From Octopus bimaculoides (taxonomy: Eukaryota), in NCBI RefSeq assembly GCF_001194135.2, contig NC_068997.1:8939749-9003748 (forward strand): a stretch of 64,000 nucleotides of DNA, read 5' to 3'. Below, piece by piece: positions 47,339 to 60,900 of the stretch. The translations under genes were made by a program, and so were the position numbers. Position 1 is the first letter of the stretch, and each line of letters opens with the position of its first letter. The notes below the pieces were generated by a model that did not search any database, was not told the DNA's origin, and saw only the letters and a program-made list of their open reading frames with translations.

Positions 47339-50300
47339 CTGAAAATAAAATAAAAACTGTTAAACTTTCAGCTCTTTAGTATTCAAACCGGCCATCTCTG
47401 GCCAAAATATTTAACCTGCTTTATGTTCAAACTGGTCATTTCCCTAACTACTCTCTTCATAAACACACACCTTGTGAATGCCATCTCTTTCTATATGTTG
47501 TAGTTCAACAACATGAGACATGTACTCAATACAGGGAAGTTTTTATCATTGGTCCCCATCCCTATAACATCTGTAGCAAACAAAAACATGTGTTTGTATA
47601 CATGTGAACTTCTGTGAAAGTGTTTGTGAGCATGTCTACAAAATATTTTCATTCAAATTAACAGCATGTGAACAAGAGATAAAACTTTAGCATCAGATCT
47701 GTTCATATTTAAAACACTCCCAATATCACCTTTGTTGTTTTGAGGACCATCACTCCATCTCCTACAGGTCATTGTCTCCTTCTCTGGGTAATTAGGGAAG
47801 GTACTGGATCTGTCTGACATTCACTCTCTTTCCCTCCAATTCACTACATGCTGCTCTGGTAACAAAGCTTGGCATTGTACTTGTCAGTTCCCTCTCCACC
47901 ATCCTTATCTCTCTCTCTTTCTCCCTCATAAAATGCCTTTGTATAAAGAATAGCAACTAATCTATTTGTATTCAATACACCCAGCTTTTGTCTGCTGTCA
48001 GTCATCATCCCCTCACTCATGCCATTTGTTATTAACATCCATCACAGTCATTCTTTTCAATACCTATCTTTAATACTATTCATCACTCATTTTCTGGTAC
48101 ACATGCACCAGCAAACATGTAGCTGTCATCACTGTCTCTCTACCATCACTCCCTCTGAGTACTGTTTCTTTCAAAATTCTCTTCTCAACCACCTCTCAAT
48201 TATTGTTCCTTCCTCATCCTAAAATAGTGAGGACCCTTTAGCCTAGTAGGGCAGAAGGTAACCTTACAAGTGCACCCAGTGGACTCTATGGAATTGTTGA
48301 TGACAGGAATAGCATCTGCTTATAAGAAACTATGCCAAAATATATGATGCATGATTAAGACATTTCCTTCGTACAGACCATGATGAGCCATTCAATCCAT
48401 GCCAATATAAAAAGAGGATGAGAAAATGATGATTGTAAAAGATTATAAGAGATGACTGATAGACCTTCATTTAATGTATCTAGGTTAACATAGACCTTTC
48501 TTTCAACTCTGTCTAAGCTCTATTTGGGTGAAAATTGCAAATCATCCAGGCTTTTGAATCATTGCCCATTACATGACTCTTAACTTCCACACAAATATAC
48601 CTACACATGATACCTTTTCTCATTTAGAAGGATTGATGCAACAAGAATTAAGCCTTCATTTTGATTACAGTGCAACTTTATTGAGAAGAATTGAGGTTGA
48701 CACTATTAACTGGGTCAGCTGTGTTGAATCAGGTTTTAACCTCAATAAATTGCAATAATAAGTGCACAGCCAAGGTTCCACTGCTATACAAGAGAAAACT
48801 CAGTCTCACTTTTCAAATTATACCCTATTGTCTTGAAGAGGTGGGCACATTAGATAATGTAGTCCTAGATATGCAACACTTAAAAGGATGGACTAATCAA
48901 AGCTTGAATGCCCTTAATCACTCTCTCCTTTTCTTGAGTGGCTTTGAACATGGGTCTTTCTCATTTAGGGCTCACTCACACTCAAAGCTAAATAATACTC
49001 AGACGCATATATATTTTTTGTAAACTCTTATTTCACATTAATGAATTGTGGTCTGTTCTATTCAGGGATCTGTATTTCAAATGCAATTTCATCCCGTTCT
49101 CTCCATCAGAAACAAGTTTAAATCTTTAATCCCAAACCATTAGAAGATAAAACTCCAGGCCTCAGGGTCCTGGGTTCAAATACATCCATGTGCTCATAAA
49201 TAGGAGCCACTCTCTCAACAGTCTTTTATCCTTACAATAAAACCTTGAAAAAAAAAAAAGAAAAAAAAGCATTTTCAGATGGGGAAATCAGCAATGGTAA
49301 TATTACAAAGAAGAGAATATTGAAAATACACAACCTGTAGTAAATTTCTGGCAAGCCTTGTTTTTCCAGAGTAAATGAGTACAAGTCTTTGGTTGAATAA
49401 TTCCAGGATATCTGGAGTGACACTGATGTGTTTGTAATCAATAAACAATGGTATTTTAGCCAAAGAACTTCCCAGGGTTACACCACCTAACAAACCCCCA
49501 ACTTGGTCCTGCCAGCCACCCCCAGTTGTCAGCAGTTGCTCCAGATAAAGGACCTAGAGAAAGAAAAAGAGTAATAATTGATTTATTTTGGAGAGGCACA
49601 AAAACCAAATTTCATAAGAGTGAATCAACAGAACCAACACCAGTATATTGCTGGTACTTAGTGTACATTTTGCCTCGAGAGAGACAACATCTTAACCCTT
49701 TAGCATACAGATTATTCTGTCAAATGTAATGTGAATTAATTCACATTGTTTTGAATTAATCAGACATTATCATGTAGTTTCAAGATTTCAATGATGTGAT
49801 TGTATATTTTTAGAATGGCATTATAAGGTAGGTGTGAAAAGCCAGACCTGGCCAATTTGAACAAAAAAAAAAAAAAGAATGTTTGAGCTGGATATGGCCG
49901 TAGGATTTCTTATTTGTTTGTAATTCAACTGCTGTCAACATCTTCAAGGGTTTTAGTTGGACAAACCAACCCCAATACTTACTTCTAAAGTTTGGTTCTT
50001 ATTCTATCAATCTTTCGTGCCAAACTGCTAAGTTACAGGGATGTAAACAAACCAGCACCAGTTAAGTGCTTGTGATGGACAAACACAAACACACACAAGG
50101 AGCAGGCTTCCACTTAGTTTCTGAATCCCAAACCATTCATAAGGCATTGGTTGGCCTGGGGCTATTACAGAGGACACTTTTTCAAGGTGCTGTGCAGTGG
50201 AACTGAACCTAAGAACGATGTGGTTTCAAAGTGAGTTTCTTAACCATACAGCCATTCCAACGCCTTCTTATTGATATTATATTATATATATTGTACATGA

Positions 50301-53300
50301 GAGATGTTTTATAAACACTGCAGCTGTGATTCATATTTGTCTAAAGACAACAAGGGATCCATTTAAGATTCAGCTGCCATACTGGTGAGTCAAGTGACTA
50401 AGTGCTCACGTCCTTATTTGACTCATACTTAATATATCTATTGTTATATTTTGGGATGGTCAGTTAGAAATTTTGTTCTTTTTCTTTTTGCTAAATGAAC
50501 ATCAGTCCTGATTTATTTTAGTATCCTTTGTTCTTAAATCTTTTGTCCATACATCCTGTGACCTATTCAGTAACTCTTCATCCCATGTGTCGGGGCCCAC
50601 CCTATACAAAAACCTTGTAGAAAGTTGAAGTTATTCCACTCCAATTAAATCTGCCTTTTCTATTACGCTTCAACGACCTTACTGTCTGGAAGAGCCTGAT
50701 CCCCCACCCCGCCTCAACTACATTAAATATTTGAACCAATCCTTCTCGACTTGTGGTCACTAACCAACAAGAGTTTAAGCTCCATAACAATATCAGCAAG
50801 CAATCCCTATCTTCCTACAGAGATGGGTTACAAAGATTTTGAGGGAGCGAGACGAGAGATTTACTCCTCTCCTCCTTCGACACCTAAGTAAAAATTAAAT
50901 CAAACAAACGTCAAAATGCATCTCCACCAGATGATGTATTGCGTAGTTATCGCCCTTGATTTGTTCTCTCACTGTTTTAAAAAGTAAAGTGAAAAACGAA
51001 TTGATATTGTTTGCTGAAGACAATGATGCTAAAAGACAACTACTATAATTTGCTCATAGTTATTGCATAATATATATATAAACAAAATAATCTATGAAAT
51101 TATCCTGATTGATATCGTATTTTCTGGCATACAAGTCAAATTTTTGAGACCAAAATTTACAGACAAAAATGTTTAAATTGACTTAAACACCAAAAAGATT
51201 TTGGAGGCCCAAAAATTGTGAAACGCAGCAGAGTTTGGAAAGACAATGGTGCTTTTTATACTATGTTGACCTGTAGGCCAGAAAATATGGTATCGTATAA
51301 CAAGCAAGTTATTGAATGGTTGAAAAAGTATAAATTTCTTTTCTTTTTGACTAAAAAAGAAAATTTTTAAAAGATTTCGTGCAGGGGTGGCTGTTGGTAA
51401 GAAGTTTGTTTCCCAACCCATGGTTCTGGGTTCAGTTCCAATGCATGATACCTTTCGGCAAGTGTCTTCTACTATAGCCTTGGGTTGACCTTGTGAATAG
51501 ATTTGGTAGATGGAAACTGAAAGAAGCTTGATAACTGATTTTGGTTTGTTTACATCCGGGAGGCTGCACCAGGCTCCAATCTGATGTGGCAAGATTTCTA
51601 CAGCTGGATACCCTTCGTAACGCCAACCACTCCGAGAATGTAATGGGTGCTTTTACACGACCACAGGAGCGAGTCAGGTGGCACTAGCATCAGTCATGCT
51701 CAAATGGTGCTTTTTACGTGCCCAGTCTGGCAGCAGTGGCATCGACCACGCTCTAATAGTGCTTTTTACGTGCCAGTCAGGCAGTACTCACACTGGTCAT
51801 GCTCAAATGGTGCTCTTTTATGTGCCACTGTCATGGGTGCCAGTCAGGTGGCACTGGCATCGACTATACTTGAATGGTGCTTTTTATATCCCACTGTCAT
51901 GGGTGCCAGTCAGGTGGCACTGGCACGACTATACTTGAATGGTGCTTTTTATGTGCCACTGGCATGGGTCCCCAGTCAGGCAGCACTGGCATTGGCTACA
52001 AAAACTAATTTGGTTGGGTGTAAGGGGGATACTCCAAACCATAATTATGCCAAAATTTATTTCTGCTAAGTATATTAAAATTGAATGATCCTCACCGAAT
52101 GCAGTAAACTTTTAGCATCAATAACTTTTCCAGCAGCCGTTACAACAGCAGCAATAACAGCACCAGCTAAGATACTACTCGTGCCAAGACCTATGTTAAA
52201 AAACAAGAAAGAAATATCTCTTAGAAATTTCAACTGCAGCAATTTTGCAAACCAGATAAAATTAGAAGTTTAAATGTTTAGTTTAGCAGGATTTTAACGC
52301 TTTTGATACCAACCAGCCTGAGACCACCCTTGGTTCTATGATACAATTTTACCACTTTTACCTTTCTGATGCCAGTTTGGCTGAAGAAATCTCTAGCTCT
52401 GTAGTCTTATTTGAAAAAGTTCTGAATTAAAATCTTTCACCAAACCGTAGTCACAATTTATGTTCCTAACACTAGCTTAATAATAACTAAGTTATTTTGC
52501 TATATTCTTTGTTACATTTAAAATTAATTGAAAGAAACACAGAGCATCTCAAAATAAATATGGTAGCAAAAGGGTTAAAGTGATCTAAAAACAAAACAAA
52601 AACCTTTCATCAAAACCTCATGTTAATTTGTGTTCCAAATACCATCTTAACTCTTTAGTATTCAGATTATTCTATCAAATGTATCTTTTCTTCTCATCAT
52701 CTTTTAATGTCCATTGTCCATGCTGGTGTGGGTTGGACAGTTTGATCAAGGCTAGTAAGCTGAGGAGTCATAGCTTCTATGGTTGGATGCCCTTCCTAAT
52801 GTCAACCACTCCAAGAGTGTAATGGGTGCTTTTACGTGCCACCAGCACGGGTGCCAGTTGTGTGCCACCAATATCTGCCATGACTGTGATTTCACTTGGC
52901 TTGATGGATCTTCTCAGGCATGGCATATTGCCAAAGGCCTCAGTCATTTATCATTGCCTCTGTGAGGCCCCAATGCTTAAAAGGTGCTTTTTACATGCTA
53001 CAGGCACAGGTGCCACTTATGCTCATTATTCACATTACTTTGAATTTATCCTGCACTATCTCACAGCCTTAAGATTTCAGTTATATGGCTGTATATTTTT
53101 TAGACTAACAATGTGGGGCAGGTGTGAGAAGCAGGATCTGGCCAGTCTGAACATAAAACAGGTAGAGTATTTTGGCTACACATGACTGGTTTAAATGCTA
53201 AAGGGTTAATAACGACAAAGTTATTTTACTAAGTTCTTTATTAAGTTTGTAATTAATTAAAATAAAGGTAGCATGTTTCAACAGAAATACAGTAACAAAA

Positions 53301-56300
53301 GGGATAATCAGTGTCTGTCACTGACTGTGTTTTCTTAATTTCTAATGAGCAGCAATTACTTTCATTGCTGTATATTCCGAGAAGTTAAGTGAGAACTGCA
53401 CACCCACCAATGCTGGTAAATTTACCATGTAATAATCTGTTCATGTATTATCATGACATAATTTGTTTTCCAATCTAATAATGCACACTCAGAAACAAAG
53501 ATTAAGACAAATTGTAGTTATAGAAATAGCTTAACATTTATGTTTATTTTTGAGAGAGAGCAGTGAGGCAAACATGATGGCACATGTCACTAACGTTGCT
53601 CAGATTAATAAAGGAGATTCACATGAATCTGCAGTGACTCATCAAAGTAATCTCTTTGTGAATGTTCAACTTTCTATACAACAGCAAAAATCTCCTTTCA
53701 GTCACATCATCATCAGTCATTAACGTCTACATTCCATGCTGGCATGGGTTAGACGGCTGGATAGAATCTGGTGTGTTCAAGGACTGCATGGAGCTTCAAT
53801 GTCTGTTTTAGCAAGGTTTTTTACAGCTGGATGCCCTTTCTAATGCCAACCACTTTACAGTGTGCTTTTTCCATACCATCTGTACTATGGAGATTGCCAT
53901 GCAGGGACCTTTTCTGTGCCTCTCTCTCACAGAAATTCTCAAGCATAAAGCTGAACCTGTGTTTGTGTGAGAGAGAGATTCAGCTTTATGTTGGGGAATA
54001 TCTATGAGAGAGATGCACAGAACAGGTCCTTGCTGAGGGATCTGCATGGCGACTCACATCTATTGGGATGGGAGAGAGAGAGAGAAAGGGAGAGAAAAAA
54101 AAACTGATCAGTAGGCTGGTCAAGACATAAATAATGGCAAAAAAAAAAGAAAAAAAAGAGTCCAGATGGCCCCATAAGTCACAGGCTGAGAAGATGGAGT
54201 AGGTGGGTCATAATAAACAAAAAGAAAAGAAAAAAGAAAAAATGAACATCTTGGATGAAGCGATTCAAGATTAACACCATATACATCAGCATATAAAGGT
54301 GGGCCTTTTTTTATTCCCAAATATTACAACAAAAAGTTATTTTGCATCTAACGTGACAGTATTACGGATGAGACACTCAGTATATGATGAAACGTATTGG
54401 ATTTATTTCTCCATAAAACATACTTGTAAAGTGTGTGTGTGTTTGTGTGTAGGGGGTCTTATATGCCAGTACATACAGTATATCTGAAAAAGCAGGAGAT
54501 GGTCACAGCAGGAAGTGGGTCACTGCTGACCAGAGTTTCTGTACAGCATCCACAGGAACATAGATTAAAATGCGCTGGTTACATCCATCATCAATACTAT
54601 CAGACAAGAATACAAAGCACTTAAATGATGCAATCAGTAATTCATATTAATCCAGGAGGAGGCAAGTTGATTATATTGACCCCCAATTGTCAACTGGTAC
54701 TCATTTTATTGACCCTGAAAGGATGAAAGGCAAAGCAAAAAAAGTGACGGAAGAAATGTCAGACATTTTGTCTTGACGTGCTCCTGATTCTGTCAGGTCA
54801 ACATTTTCATCCATATTGGTTTCAAATTATGGCACAAGGCCAGCAAGTTCGTGAGGGGGGGGGGAGATTAAGTCGATTATATAGGACCCCCCCTACCCCA
54901 GTGCTCAACTGGTACTTATTTTATCGACCCTGAAAGGACGAAAGACAAAGTCAACCTCAGCAGAATTTGAGCTCAGAACGTGAAGACGCACAAAATAACA
55001 TTAAGTATTTTGCTTGGCGTGCTAACGATTCTGCTAGTTCACCACCTTCACTCATATTAATAGCACGATCAAAATGATGTCACGATATTTATCAGTTTCG
55101 ATAATAACGTTTATTTAAAGCCAGAAAATGGAGTTGTATTAAAGGGAAACAACTCCTTCAGAAAACGTAAATTGATGTCTTTGTGTTTTAAAACCACATA
55201 TTTTAGAAAAGGACGACCAGCAGGTAATATCGAGCCAAGAACTCGACAGGTACTTTATTTTATCCATGCCAGAAATACGAAAGGGGAAAAGTCGACTTTG
55301 GTAAGCTATAAAGGGTCACAATTAAATAGTGCAAAGCATTTGAAATGATACAACTCTATCACTATCATTCATTTACTTGTTTCAGGCATTAGAGTGTGAC
55401 CATGCTGGGACACTGCCTTGAATAATTTTACTTGAACGGATATACCCCACCTCGATACTTATTTTTAAGGCTGGTATTTAGTATATCAGTCACTTTTGCC
55501 GAACTGCTAAGTTACAGGGATGTAAACACACCAACACCAGTTGTTAAATGGTGGGGAAGAGCAAAGATACACACACACACACACACACACACGACAGGCT
55601 TCTTTCAGTTTCTGTCTATCAAATCCACTCACGAAGGTTTGGTCTGCTTGAGGCTATAGTAGAAGACATTTATTTGTCCAAGGTGCCACGCTGTGAGACT
55701 GAACCTGGGAACAAAATGGTTGAGAAGCAAATTTTTTACCACACAGCCATACACTTGTGCCTATTAAATATTATTAACCATCTAAATGTAAATTTCATCA
55801 GATTCAAAAATGACAAGACTGCAGGTGGGTTTGAACCATAAAACTATCAATTGCCAGATGACTGTGATACGAATTACATACACTACAGTTATCATTACAT
55901 TTTTTTTTCTTTACAAAGTGTATGTGTGTGTGTGAGTGCATGCGTGTATGAGTGCGTATGAGTGCATGTGTATTTGTGTGTATGTGTGCGTATGAGTGCA
56001 TGCATATTTGTGTTATGTGTGTGCGAGAGTGCAAGAGTGTATGTGTGCGAGAGTGTGTGTGTGTGCGAGAGTGTGTGTGTGTGCGTGCGAGTGTGCATCA
56101 TATAACACAAATATGCATATGATGCGTGTGTGAGTGTGTCTTAGTATTTTACTTACCAGATCCTTGAGGAAGATCTGACCAAGAATGAATTTCAAAGCCG
56201 CCTTTATATTTAGAAATTAACTGATCTTTGAGAGACATGGGTGATGAAAGGCATATAAGATTCACAGAAAGGAAAGCTGCTTTGATAAGAGCACCTGTAA

Positions 56301-57866
56301 ATATTAAAAACAGTCTTCTTGGTAAATTGAAGTCTACATGTTGATTGAAATGATAAACAGAAGTTTGTTAACTTATAACACAGGGTCATTTAACATCAAA
56401 ATAATTTTATTCTTCTCAATATCAACTGGTGTACACTTATTTAAAACTATTTACTGATTTTCAACACACTCTATTACATATGATGGGTTAGTCCATATTA
56501 CTCTATGAGGAACATAGGGCCAGTTTCTTGGTTTCTCTGGCATATACAAGGGGGTGCTGAAAAGATCCTGACTTTAAGGGTATAGTGAAAGGCCTGGCTG
56601 GAGGCCCAATCTCCCAAGTTCTTTTACAGAGTTTAGAAAAACTGAAAGATGGCTGCAATAAGTGTATAAATCTCAGAAGGGTATTTGTTGAATAAAGTCA
56701 TAACCAACTGATCCTCCTGTATTTTCTTTTACCCAAAGCTAGGAACTTTCCCCTCATGTATTACTCACTGGATGGGGCTCTGGTCTACTGCAAGATTACT
56801 TACTTATTACATAAGTGACAACATTCCTCCCTGGATAAGGTGCCAATCAATTGCAGGGTTAGCTTCCCAGCTTGTGCTGGAACTTATCTACAGCTGAGTG
56901 AACTGAAGCAATGCGAAATGAAATATTTTGCTCAAGAACACAGGGCCCTGCCCAGTTCAAGATTATTTACAATACCCTCCCATATCTTTCATTAAATGTT
57001 ACATTGCATGAAACATTTGGTGTTGCGGTCAGTTTTGCTTGCATGAGTTTATCTGTTTTCAAACAAGGCAATAAACCCCCACCCCCAGTCTATCAAGCAA
57101 TGGACAGCCTGGACATGATTACACGAAGAGGAAGTGGAAACAAATGACACTGAAGTTATTAAATTATATTACCTTGAGCATGCGGATTAAAATAATCCTC
57201 CAGCTGGTTTAGCTCTTCAATGACTAGATGGACATTATCGTATACAATGACAATCTGAGGACTACACAAAAGGAAAAAAGAGTAAAAAGAAAACAGAATT
57301 AAAATAATCTGTAAATTGCTTGTTTTCCAATAAAATATTACATTGTATATTTTATTAACATCTATCTTCTGTGAAAATTTCACAATTCTAATGCAAGCAA
57401 AAATCTATTTTCTCTCGAGGGTACCTCCATCTTAAAAATTCTGACCATCATCATTAATTAAATCAATTTAAAAAAAAAAAAACAAACTTCATTTTAATGA
57501 AAAATAAATATTCTTGCCCTTTTCACACAAACTTTNNNNNNNNNNNNNNNNNNNNNNNNNNNNNNNNNNNNNNNNNNNNNNNNNNNNNNNNNNNNNNNNN
57601 NNNNNNNNNNNNNNNTGATATACAAAAAAGTCATGATGGTCACAGCAGGAGTGCTTCTAATCATAGATCTGTTAGATGAGAGTTTAACCTTTGGTGGAGC
57701 TAAAAAATATTGACAACATATTTCATATAAAATATAACCCTTTAGAGTCCAAGTTAAATTCCAACTTACCCTGACTGGTAAAATAACTATCAATTAAATA
57801 TAGAGTATAATTCAACTGATTGCTTGATACCTGCAAGTTTATAGCATTATGCTTATATTAAAAATC

Positions 57867-57924
<58 letters not shown>

Positions 57925-60900
57925 ACACACTTTCCCTTTGAATTGAAACATGAAAAAATAGAAAACTTACTTTTCTATTCTTTTTGCCTTTGCTCCGATT
58001 GGTTTCTATAGTAATATAAAAATAAATAAACAGAAGATATAAGGAAAAAACCCCATTAAATAACACTTAAAATTTTACTAAAAACCACTTAAAATTTTAC
58101 TACTGCTTCGTAATATGTGCTTTTAGTAGAAAGGATTATTATTATTATTATTATTATAAAGGTGGTGAGCTGACAGAATTGTTAGCACACCGAGCAAAAT
58201 GCTTAGTGGCATCCATCTTTATGTTCTGAGTTCAAATTCCACCTAGACCGACTTTACCGTTCATCCTTTTGGGATCGATGAAATAAATACCAGTTACGCA
58301 CTGGGGTTAATGAATTGACTATCTTCCTCCCCAGGCCAACTTGAACAGAGCTGGCTTATGATAAAGGCCATTCCAATCAAGACCATCCCACTTGTTTAAA
58401 ATATGTATGATTACATTAACTGATGTCTTCTTTCTTGTTTTTGTGCTTTTTATCTCTCACACAACATATATGTGATCATGTGATTGAACAGATTATCAGA
58501 TGTTATACACCGCTAATCACAATACTCTTCTTTGCATTGTTTTAGCTTTCAAATGATGCTACCCAACCGGATAGGCAAGCTGGCCAACATTACCCCTGGT
58601 TAGAAAGCTAGTCCATTGCAGGGTTACTTATTTACAGTTGAGTGAACTGGAGCAATGTGAAATTAAGTGTTTTGCTCAAGAACACAATGCACAGCTGGTC
58701 TGAGGATTGAAACCATGATCTCATGATTGTGAGTGCAACATGCCCGGCCACTAAGCCACATGCGTTCACTTTGTGTATGCATGTACGTGCATATTATCAT
58801 TGTTGAACATCAGTTTTCCACGCTGGTATGGGTAATATGGTTTGACAGAAACCAACAAGCCAGTCAACTGTGCCAAGCTCTAATGTCTGCTTTGGTATGG
58901 TTTCTACAGCTGGATAACCTTTCTAATGCCAACCACAAGACAATGTACTGGGTAATATAAACTAACAGGTACTCTATTGGTTACAACAATAAGTGTTCCA
59001 GTTGATTTGTTTATACATTAGTTGCAGACTTGTGAAGCTGAATTAAAATCTTTCAAAGACTATAGAAATTCACAAAAACCCATCACATAAAATTCTTCTA
59101 TAAAAAAAAATCATGTAGAATCATTATTGTCAGAGTTAGCCGAAGTGGTCTGTGACTCAGTATTAATTCTTAGGTGACCTTCCAACTCTTTTATTGCTAA
59201 TACTTACTGATCTTTTATGCAAGCATATTTCTGATCTCTAATTGATATAATGGCCCTTACCTTTCCATTAATGGTGATAGAAACTCCAGTCACTGCCCCA
59301 CCACATTCGTATGTAATAGGAGGTGTATCTGTCCAGCCACCACTAAGGTCAAGTCGAGCAGGGCACTCCACTGTGATCCATCTTTCATAATCAGGCAAAA
59401 CACCATCTTTCACTTCTACAAACTGAAAATCATAAATAAATGAATAAGATAAATAATGAATTATTGAAAGAGTGCATCAAAATGTCTCAGGTGTGTTTTG
59501 TTTATTACAATATCCAACATTGCTTTCCCCTTTTTTTTTTTTCAAAAGGTAGGTGTTATACAAGACAGATTTGGCTGTTATTTCTAGCAGGTCAAGTGAC
59601 AGCAAAGAAGCTCTCTTAATGTCTTGTAATGACAGTGGTGGTGGTAGAAGTGTTAATAGAGGTCATTTAAATTATTCTTGCTTTACCTTTTTACCAGTCA
59701 TGACTGCTTGCCGAATTAGAATTTGCGCAGCACCTTCATAGTGTCTGGATGCTCGGATTAACAAGTCTGGTCGGTGCAGCCATTTGTTTCGTTCTTTTGC
59801 CAAAGCTTTAATTCCATTAGCAATCTGGTTCATCTAAACAGAACAACATTATACAACAGTTTATTTGATGCCTTCAAATGTAAGGATTAATCAAGGTCTA
59901 TATTTAAACAATGGAAGAAACAGATGTCGTCTTCCTTACATAACATCATTATACAAGCTTATCATATCATCATCATCATCATCATCGTCGTTTAACGTCT
60001 GCTTTCCATGCTAGCATGGGTTGGACGAGTTGACTGAGGACTGGTGAACCAGATGGCTACACCAGGCTCCAATCTGATTTGGCAGTGTTTCTACAAAAAC
60101 TATTAGATTGAAATTTATTTTCCTAAATCTATAACTGTAATCTCTAGTTTATACAATAGCTAAAATTAATTATTGCCCAGACAGTCTCTCAAGTTCGTGT
60201 GACACAGTTTATTAGAATATTCTCAGTTCTTATGCTACTCCTTCTCTCAGAGTTGGTAACGTATCTTCATTGCTCATGCTTTAAAATAAATCAAATTTCT
60301 GTCTCACACACACACACATGAACTTATACTATGTAATCTATCCTCTTTGTGAAATGAAAATCTCATTGTTAATAACAACTATCAGTAAGTTTTTACAAAT
60401 TGACTTCAAATCCTTGACACTATTCTATGACCAACATCAGGACATCCTGTATTGATCTTAAAAAGCTGCAGCTCATGATTTATGATGAATAAAATAAAAA
60501 AGTTGCAAGTACATGCATCATTCTCCCACCCACACCCACACAAAATATTAAATCAATAACATAAGCAAAAAAAAAGAATTCAGGTCATCTACCATTAAAT
60601 ATTGTATAAATAATCAATGGAGTATTTAGACTGAGGCTTGGTTGTAACTGAAAAACTGTAAAATGATCAGTTAAACCAGAACTACTTAAACTACAACAAA
60701 AATGATATGAAATGAATATTATATAGAAAATATTATATAGAATATTATATAGAAAATATAATTTAAAAAATGTTTTTATAAATGCACTTAAATCAACACT
60801 TCTGATTGTCATAAAATACAAATTTAACTCCATAGTCCCCCATCCAATGTTTTGAAAGGAAAAATAAACGGATACAATAACCACTCAAAGAACAAACATG

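Noticed and set aside
51642-51996. Regularly spaced repeat array resembling CRISPR
   Set aside because: The units are wholly homologous with no unique spacers, the array is embedded in a SINE, the context is eukaryotic and there are no cas genes.
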